A stretch of 29,768 nt of DNA from assembly GCA_947629195.1 (NCBI GenBank), contig CANRCS010000001.1:1-29768 (forward strand), in the 5' to 3' direction. Each line of letters begins with the position of its first letter. The first letter of the stretch is position 1. The notes under the pieces were generated by a model that worked only from the letters and a program-made list of their open reading frames with translations, was not told where the DNA came from and did no database searches. This DNA comes from an uncultured Bacilli bacterium (lineage in GTDB: Bacteria > Bacillota_I > Bacilli_A > RF39 > UBA660). Below are positions 24,079 to 29,768 of the stretch, one piece after another. A program made the translations under genes and the position numbers.

Positions 24079-24113
24079 TAATGTGAATAATAAAGGGAAT
24101 AGGTGATATTGTT

Positions 24114-25343
24114 ATGAATAATGAAAATATGACTATAAAGATAATTACTGAAGAAGCAAAGGAAATGGAAGCAAATGTCATCAGTATTTTTGGTATAAAA
24201 GAAACTGGTAATGAATATGCAATATATACATTTAATGAAGAAGATGCACAAGGATTAGTTAAAATTTATGCATCAAAACTAGGAATTCAAGATGGAATGT
24301 ATGCATTTGAACCAATTTCTGATGCAAATGAATGGTCAAAGATAAAAGATGTAATGAAGGATACTGCAAAAGAAAAATCTTCATATATCGAAAATGGTGA
24401 TATTTATCTTATCTCTGCAAAGCAAATAAAGAGTAAAATGAATGAACCTATTTCTGTTAAATTATCTGAAACAAAAGCTGCTAAAATTGGACCAAATTAT
24501 AAAACAGGAATAACAAATAATTATTTAAATAACATTAAAGATGAAGAGATAGCATCTAGTGAAAAAGTAACACCACAAGTTGAAACTCCAACTCCAGAAG
24601 AGGCTCAACCTCAAGTAGAAGTTCCTGCTCCTGAAGTAGAAGAACCTAAAGTTGAAGTAGAAAATAAAGAACCTGAAGTTACAGTTGAACCTCTACCACA
24701 CGTTGAAACTCCACAAGTAGATATCCCAACTCCAGTTACACCAGAAATTCCAAAAGAACCTGAAATTACAGTAGTTCCAACTCCAACTTTTGATATGCCA
24801 AAAGTTGAACCAGAAATAAATAGTGAACCAAAAAAAGTTGAAGTTGATTTACCAGAAATTCCTAAATTTGAAGAACCAAAAGTAGAAGAATCAAAAAGAG
24901 ATATAGATTACTCTTACGATACTGAAACTGAAGTGGAAAAAGAACCAATTAATGTAGATTCAGTATTAAATAAGGCTTCATACTTCCAAAATTTAGAAGA
25001 ACCACCTAAAGAAGAAAAAGAAAATATAATTCAAACAATAGGTCTAGAATTTATGAGAAAAGTAAGTGAACTTGCTGAATATGAAAAAGATTTAAAGAAG
25101 AAAAATAGAGAAATGGAAGCTAGAGAAAAAGTTCTATCTAAAGTAGAAAAAGAAATTATTAGCAAAGAAAATAGACAAAAACAAATATTACAAGCTAGTA
25201 AAGATAAAGAAATGGAATTAAAGAAAAAAGATAGAGAACTATCTGAAAAAGAAGCGGATTTAAATAGAAGAATATTAGAATTTAATAAAAAGATTTCAAT
25301 GTTCCAACAAACATTTGAAACTATATCTCCTGTTGATGAATAA
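24114..25343 (+). CDS. DUF1292-like N-terminal domain, Pro/Glu/Val/Thr-rich linker and C-terminal coiled coil
   Basis: ANVISIFGIKETGNEYAIYT...ISDANEWSKIKDVMKD N-terminus; PEVEEPKVEV-type low complexity; EKDLKKKNREMEAREK...RELSEKEADLNRR heptads. Confidence 0.6.
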   Translation: MNNENMTIKIITEEAKEMEANVISIFGIKETGNEYAIYTFNEEDAQGLVKIYASKLGIQDGMYAFEPISDANEWSKIKDVMKDTAKEKSSYIENGDIYLISAKQIKSKMNEPISVKLSETKAAKIGPNYKTGITNNYLNNIKDEEIASSEKVTPQVETPTPEEAQPQVEVPAPEVEEPKVEVENKEPEVTVEPLPHVETPQVDIPTPVTPEIPKEPEITVVPTPTFDMPKVEPEINSEPKKVEVDLPEIPKFEEPKVEESKRDIDYSYDTETEVEKEPINVDSVLNKASYFQNLEEPPKEEKENIIQTIGLEFMRKVSELAEYEKDLKKKNREMEAREKVLSKVEKEIISKENRQKQILQASKDKEMELKKKDRELSEKEADLNRRILEFNKKISMFQQTFETISPVDE

Positions 25344-25347
25344 TATT

Positions 25348-25374
25348 AGAGTACAATTTAGTACTCTTTTTTTT
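25348..25374 (+). terminator. Intrinsic terminator
   Basis: AGAGTAC / GTACTCT stem followed by a long T tract. Confidence 0.75.
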
Positions 25375-25375
25375 G

Positions 25376-25404
25376 TAATTACTAAAGAATATTATTCATA
25401 AATT
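25376..25404 (+). promoter_or_regulatory. Putative sigma-E promoter for yutH
   Basis: TAATTAC, 14 bp, CATAAATT: 6/7 and 7/8 matches to the sigma-E consensus with canonical spacing. Confidence 0.4.
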
Positions 25405-25413
25405 TAATTAGGG

Positions 25414-26349
25414 GTGGATAGATTGAAAAATGTTCTTCTTTATTATTATAATTTAACACCAGAAGATATCCATCAAAAAGATGATGTCTACTTTTTTAAA
25501 ATAAATAATTATAGATATTTTATGTATCCCGTTATGAGAAGTAATGATGAAATGAAAGAAATTTTTGAAATTGATAGAGAATTAATTATTAAAAAATTTC
25601 CTGTACATCAAATAATATTAAATAAACAAAATAATATTTTAACTCAACATAATAATTTAAGTTATGTTCTATTAAAATCTTGTATTAAGAAAAATGATTT
25701 AATATGTAGTGAAGATATTGCATATTTAGAAAATAATACTCCAGTAATAAAAAATAATTCATCTTTATACCGCTCAAATTGGATAGATTTGTGGGAAAAA
25801 AAGAATGACTATATAGAATATCAAATAAGTCAGTTTGGAATGAATTATCCAATAATTGTTGAACATTTTGCTTACTATATAGGACTTGCAGAAAATGCTA
25901 TTGTATATGCTAAAAATACAAATATAGATGTTAAACCAACTATTTTAGATAATCCTGTAATATGCCATAAAAGAATAACTAATAAAACTAATTTATTCGA
26001 TTTATTTAATCCCTTAGAGTTTGTCATAGATCATAAAGCAAGAGATATAGCAGAATATATTAAATTTAAATTTTTTTATAATAAGGAAAATCTATGGGAA
26101 GAAATACATAATTATTTTACTTCTAATAATATATCTTTATATGGAGTTAGAATGTTTTATGCTAGACTTTTATATCCTACTTACTTTTTTGATAAATATG
26201 ATGAAATATTATATGGTATATCTAGTGAAAAAGACTTAATGAATATAATTCAAAAGCAAGATGAATATGAAGAGTTTTTAGCTGATATGTATAATTTTCT
26301 AAATTTGAGATATAAGATACCTGAAATAGAGTGGATAATAAAAAAATGA
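25414..26349 (+). CDS. yutH: Spore coat protein YutH/CotS-like (kinase-like fold)
   Basis: WIDLWEKKNDYIE, FAYYIGLAENAI, ICHKRI, FVIDHKARDIAEYIK, FYARLLYPTYFFD motifs. Confidence 0.8.
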   Translation: MDRLKNVLLYYYNLTPEDIHQKDDVYFFKINNYRYFMYPVMRSNDEMKEIFEIDRELIIKKFPVHQIILNKQNNILTQHNNLSYVLLKSCIKKNDLICSEDIAYLENNTPVIKNNSSLYRSNWIDLWEKKNDYIEYQISQFGMNYPIIVEHFAYYIGLAENAIVYAKNTNIDVKPTILDNPVICHKRITNKTNLFDLFNPLEFVIDHKARDIAEYIKFKFFYNKENLWEEIHNYFTSNNISLYGVRMFYARLLYPTYFFDKYDEILYGISSEKDLMNIIQKQDEYEEFLADMYNFLNLRYKIPEIEWIIKK

Positions 26350-26376
26350 GGAGAACTTTAAATGTTCTCTTCATTT
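26344..26376. terminator. Bidirectional terminator shared by the convergent yutH and nfu genes
   Basis: 13-bp stem AAATGAGGAGAAC / GTTCTCTTCATTT overlapping both gene ends. Confidence 0.65.
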
Positions 26377-26594
26377 GCCAATAAGACTTGTTTTACTTCT
26401 GGTATTTCATCTTTAATTGTAGCTTCAATACCTTCAAGTGTATAATCTAACATATGACAATGCATACATACTCCTGAAATATTTACATATACAATGTTAT
26501 CTTCATATTTTACAAACTCTATATTACCACCATCACCTTGAAGCATTGGTTTTATTTTTTCTAATATTTTTTTAATTTTATTTTCTGTTTCCAT
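26358..26594 (-). CDS. nfuA: NifU C-terminal/Nfu Fe-S carrier (YutI-like)
   Basis: IKPMLQGDGGNIEFV...SGVCMHC (CxxC)...GIEATIKDEIPEVKQV; SD AGGTGGTG upstream on the minus strand. Confidence 0.88.
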   Translation of the reverse strand: METENKIKKILEKIKPMLQGDGGNIEFVKYEDNIVYVNISGVCMHCHMLDYTLEGIEATIKDEIPEVKQVLLANEENI

Positions 26595-26683
26595 TATTTC
26601 ACCACCTAATGTTAATTATACATCTTTTTATGACTTGTATACAAGAAAGTTAATAAAAAAATACTGTTTTATTTTAATGGTGG

Positions 26684-26712
26684 TTGTTAAATTATATATT
26701 TTGATATATAAT
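26684..26712 (+). promoter_or_regulatory. sigma-A promoter for the LCP gene (back-to-back with a divergent nfu promoter at about 26615-26644)
   Basis: TTGTTA, 17 bp, TATAAT on plus; TTGTAT, 18 bp, TATAAT on minus. Confidence 0.5.
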
Positions 26713-26742
26713 ATTAGAAGTAAGACAGTTGGAGGATTTTTT

Positions 26743-29007
26743 ATGATAAAGAAAATAAAAGAATACAGGGGATGCGTAAAAAATAGAAAAAATAAAATAA
26801 TAATTTATATAATAAAATTTTTATTATTTTTAAATATAGCAGCAGCAGCATATTTTATATATTCACTATTGTTATTTAGGGGTATAGAAACAGTTATTAG
26901 AACAGGTATAATTGTTTTTGCTGTTATAATGGCATTGCTTTTTATCTATTGGTCAATGAGAGTAATTGTAAAAAACAAAGTTAGTAGATATCTGGTTTTC
27001 TTTTTGTTTATACTCATTAGTATAGGTGCCCAAGGATTTGTAGCATATAATATGAGTACTATTCATGGTTCACTAAATAAAATTAATAAAAATGAAGTAA
27101 CGTATACAACAGACTTAATAGTTATGAAGGATAGTAAGGTAGAGAAATTAGAAGATATTAAAGATATGACAATTGGTATAATTTCAGAAGAAAAAGGTAT
27201 GGAAGATTATACAATAGGTCAAAAAATTATAAAAGAAAATAAGTTGAAAGATTCTAATGAAATAAAAGAATATGATGATTACTTTGAAATGTTAAATGAC
27301 TTATATGAAAGTAAAATTGATAGTATGTTTGTTTCATCAAATTATCCTATAATGTTTAGTTCATATGAAAAATTTGAAAATATAAATGATGAAGTAAAAG
27401 TTATTACATCAAAATCTCAAAACTTTAAAAAGAAAGAAGAAGAAGTTACATCAAATAAAAATGTTGTTAAAGATCCATTTACAATATTATTAATGGGTGT
27501 TGACTCTGAAAAAGATGGATTAAATAAAAATGCAGCTTTTAATGGGGATTCATTAATGTTAATAACATTTAATCCAACTACACTTAATACAACTGTATTG
27601 AGTATTCCAAGAGATACTTATGTTCCAATAATGTGTTTTAAAAATCATAAACAAAATAAGATTACTCATGCTGCATGGTATGGTGTAGACTGTATGGAAA
27701 AAACAATAGAAAATTTCACTGGAATAGATATAGATTATTATGTAAAAATGAACTTTAAGGGAGTTGTTAACTTAGTCGATGCTTTAGGTGGTATAGATGT
27801 TAATGTTCCATTTAAATTCTGTGAACAAAATAGTGATAGACAATGGGCAGACAAAACAATATGTTTAAGTCCTGGAGAACAACACTTAAACGGTGAACAA
27901 GCTCTAGCTTTAGCTAGACATAGGAAGACACTCGCCTTAGGAGATATTCAAAGAGGTTTAGACCAACAAATAGTAATACAAGGAATGTTATCTAAACTTG
28001 GTACAATTGATAGTATAGATAAAGTTAATAATTTATTAAATACTGTATCAAGTAATATGGATACTAATTTGACCACAGACCAAATTTTATCATTTTACAA
28101 TGTTGGTAAAGATATATTACTTAGAAGTGCGAATACTACAACAGATGATTTAATAAGTATGCAAAAACTATATTTAGATGGTTATACAAAAATGATATAC
28201 GATGAAGGATTTGGAATGAATTTATCAAATTACGTATATTATGATTCAAGTTTAAAAGCTGTTGTTAATGCAATGGAAGTAAACTTAGGAGAAAAAGAAG
28301 AAGAACTAGTAAAAACATTTAATTTCTCAATTAATGAAGTTTATGAACAAGAAATTATTGGTCAAGGAAAGAAAGATTCAAAATCAACTATTACTACACT
28401 TCCAAACTTTGTAGGGAGTTCAAAATCATATGCATCAAGTTGGTGTAGTGCTAGAAATATAAATACAAGTTTTGTCTTAGTGAGAAAAGGTGATTCTGAT
28501 TACAAGGATTCATATAGTGATGGTCAAATAATTAGCCAAAGTGTAGCAGCAGGTACAGAAATTAGCAAAATTAAATCAGTTACATTTAAAGTAATAAGTA
28601 AAGATGCTGATGAAAAAGAAGAAAATTCTGAGGAAATAACATTTAGTATTAAGCAAAAATCATTCACATTAACAATAGGTGAATCAAAAACAGGTAACTT
28701 TGCAGGTATTGTAGTAAAAGAAGGAAATAAAGATGTTACAAAAGATGCGAAAATTGATTGTGAAATTGGCGGATATACAACACCTGGAAATTATACTAAA
28801 TCTTGTACAGCTAAATATAAAGATAAAAGTAGTACTTGGAATTTAAGTGTTACTGTTACAACAGGTGATGATGAAAAAGAAGATGGTGGCAGTACAGGTG
28901 ATGGTGGTAATACTCCACCTAAAAATCCAGAAGGCGAAGGCACAGGCGGAACTGGAGGAGGAACTACTCCACCTAAAGATGATTCAGAAGAAGAATCGCA
29001 AGAATAA
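26743..29007 (+). CDS. Multidomain LCP (LytR-CpsA-Psr) family cell-wall glycopolymer transferase
   Basis: SD GGAGGA fits ATG 26743 rather than TTG 26635. Three N-terminal TMs, CpsA-like accessory domain, LCP motifs SIPRDTY, YYVKMNF...VDALGGIDV, LNGEQALALARHR, GDIQR..QQ; PASTA-like LPNFVG...GQIISQSV; Ig-like segment; G/T/P tail. Confidence 0.88.
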   Translation: MIKKIKEYRGCVKNRKNKIIIYIIKFLLFLNIAAAAYFIYSLLLFRGIETVIRTGIIVFAVIMALLFIYWSMRVIVKNKVSRYLVFFLFILISIGAQGFVAYNMSTIHGSLNKINKNEVTYTTDLIVMKDSKVEKLEDIKDMTIGIISEEKGMEDYTIGQKIIKENKLKDSNEIKEYDDYFEMLNDLYESKIDSMFVSSNYPIMFSSYEKFENINDEVKVITSKSQNFKKKEEEVTSNKNVVKDPFTILLMGVDSEKDGLNKNAAFNGDSLMLITFNPTTLNTTVLSIPRDTYVPIMCFKNHKQNKITHAAWYGVDCMEKTIENFTGIDIDYYVKMNFKGVVNLVDALGGIDVNVPFKFCEQNSDRQWADKTICLSPGEQHLNGEQALALARHRKTLALGDIQRGLDQQIVIQGMLSKLGTIDSIDKVNNLLNTVSSNMDTNLTTDQILSFYNVGKDILLRSANTTTDDLISMQKLYLDGYTKMIYDEGFGMNLSNYVYYDSSLKAVVNAMEVNLGEKEEELVKTFNFSINEVYEQEIIGQGKKDSKSTITTLPNFVGSSKSYASSWCSARNINTSFVLVRKGDSDYKDSYSDGQIISQSVAAGTEISKIKSVTFKVISKDADEKEENSEEITFSIKQKSFTLTIGESKTGNFAGIVVKEGNKDVTKDAKIDCEIGGYTTPGNYTKSCTAKYKDKSSTWNLSVTVTTGDDEKEDGGSTGDGGNTPPKNPEGEGTGGTGGGTTPPKDDSEEESQE

Positions 29008-29016
29008 TTAAAAAAT

Positions 29017-29053
29017 ATAAGGAATGAAAAATATATCATTCCTTATTTATTTT
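29017..29053 (+). terminator. Intrinsic terminator of the LCP gene
   Basis: ATAAGGAATGA / TCATTCCTTAT stem followed by T-rich sequence. Confidence 0.7.
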
Positions 29054-29062
29054 ATACAAATA

Positions 29063-29163
29063 AAAAACAGAACCTGCACCCCCTGAGGGCAGGTTCCTAA
29101 AAAGAATAAAAAGGGGTTGGCTAGTGTGATACTAGCACCAATTCGCCTAATTGGGAATTGGTG
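29063..29163 (-). ncRNA. Putative ~100-nt small RNA, family unknown
   Basis: GC-rich island in AT-rich intergenic DNA with its own minus-strand promoter, three hairpins, and a minus-strand terminator (GAACCTGC...GCAGGTTC then TGTTTTTT) that has no minus-strand ORF to serve. Confidence 0.55.
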
Positions 29164-29169
29164 ATTTAT

Positions 29170-29198
29170 ATACTAATCGATTTAACCATATTTGTCAA
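29170..29198 (-). promoter_or_regulatory. sigma-A promoter of the putative sRNA
   Basis: Minus strand TTGACA (29198-29193), 17 bp, TAGTAT (29175-29170). Confidence 0.55.
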
Positions 29199-29286
29199 CA
29201 ATTTTGTTTATTTTTTTTCATTTTTTTTAAATTTCTTTAATTTTGAATATTTTTAATATATAATTGATATAGAAAGAGATGATACA

Positions 29287-29768
29287 ATGGACTTGTTACA
29301 ACTAGAAGGGATAGGATCGAAATCTTTAAGTTTATTAAACAAATTAAATATATATACTATAGATGATTTAATAAATTACTACCCATTTAGATATGAAGTT
29401 TTAAAAGTATGTGATTTAAATAATTCATTAGACCAAGATAGAGTAATTGTTAATGGAATAATTGAAAGTATTCCAACTGTTATTAGATTGCGTGGTAATA
29501 TGAATAAAATGACTTTTAGAATAATCGCAAATAATCTTTTAGTCAAAGTAGTTATTTTTAATCGTGGATTTATGAAAAGACATTTTGAAATAGGTAAAGA
29601 TATTGTAATAATTGGCAAATGGGATAAACTTAAAAATACTATTATTGCATCTGATTTTAGATTTGGTAAAATTGATGGTTTAAAAATAGAGCCAGTATAT
29701 AAAACAACAAGTAATCTTAGTAAAAGAAATTTATCTAATTACATTAATAATGCTTTAAATTTACACAT
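29287..29768 (+). CDS. recG: ATP-dependent DNA helicase RecG, 5' part (runs off the window; absent from the ORF track)
   Basis: Manual translation from ATG 29287 gives MDLLQLEGIGSKSLSLLNKLNIYTIDDLINYYPFRYE...KVVIFNRGFM...GKDIVIIGKWD...IEPVYKTT, the RecG wedge-domain pattern, with no stop before the window end. Confidence 0.88.
   Translation, partial: MDLLQLEGIGSKSLSLLNKLNIYTIDDLINYYPFRYEVLKVCDLNNSLDQDRVIVNGIIESIPTVIRLRGNMNKMTFRIIANNLLVKVVIFNRGFMKRHFEIGKDIVIIGKWDKLKNTIIASDFRFGKIDGLKIEPVYKTTSNLSKRNLSNYINNALNLH

Noticed and set aside
29126-29164. 12-codon plus-strand mini-ORF (GTG start, MILAPIRLIGNW) antisense to the putative sRNA, considered as a type I toxin
   Set aside because: Too short for a membrane-spanning toxin, with no evident plus-strand promoter or terminator of its own.
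4842-29618. Remaining short overlapping ORFs in the track (4842-5042, 9326-9562, 9740-9970, 10419-10607, 11712-11900, 12584-12844, 15868-16065, 17735-17968, 22364-22558, 23153-23347, 23618-23818, 28791-29039, 29379-29618)
   Set aside because: Antisense or off-frame to well-supported genes, with no recognisable motifs. 29379-29618 is antisense to recG.
1-29768. Mollicute genetic code 4 (TGA=Trp), considered because of AT richness and similarity to Mycoplasma ICE-type genes
   Set aside because: Trp is encoded by TGG in conserved positions, and TGA behaves as a stop with ATGA overlaps (830-833, 13844-13847) and before terminators.
1-29768. tRNA, rRNA, riboswitch, IS element or CRISPR array
   Set aside because: No cloverleaf, rRNA-like, transposase or repeat-spacer pattern was seen by eye; intergenic regions are short and mostly explained by promoters and terminators.

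Overview
AT-rich DNA from a low-GC Bacillota genome. It uses the standard genetic code and has sigma-A promoters and Bacillus-type yunB/yutD/yutH/nfu/recG genes. The most likely source is an uncultured RF39-like Bacilli lineage, which is an inference. The left ~21 kb (189-21074) is one co-oriented, contiguous cluster of two envelope machines. The first is a Tad/Flp (type IVc) pilus module: a large Cys-rich secreted adhesin candidate, pseudopilin-like genes, cpaB/rcpC, cpaF/tadA, tadB, tadC and a Flp-like pilin. The second is a Gram-positive-type type IV secretion module: two VirB2-like pilins, VirB6-like, VirB3/PrgI-like, a split VirB4, a 3D-like+CHAP cell-wall hydrolase, a lipoprotein and VirD4. 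No relaxase, integrase, transposase or att boundary is visible in the window. virD4 sits 57 bp from the core gene yunB, so this looks like a domesticated chromosomal attachment-plus-secretion system rather than an ICE. The left edge lies outside the window, so this cannot be proven here. The right ~9 kb is core chromosome: yunB, a DUF4015-like hydrolase, yutD, a DUF1292-like/PEVK/coiled-coil protein, yutH, nfu, a multidomain LCP and the 5' part of recG. It also holds a likely unannotated ~100-nt small RNA on the minus strand between the LCP gene and recG. All family assignments come from motif recognition by eye; no database search was run.
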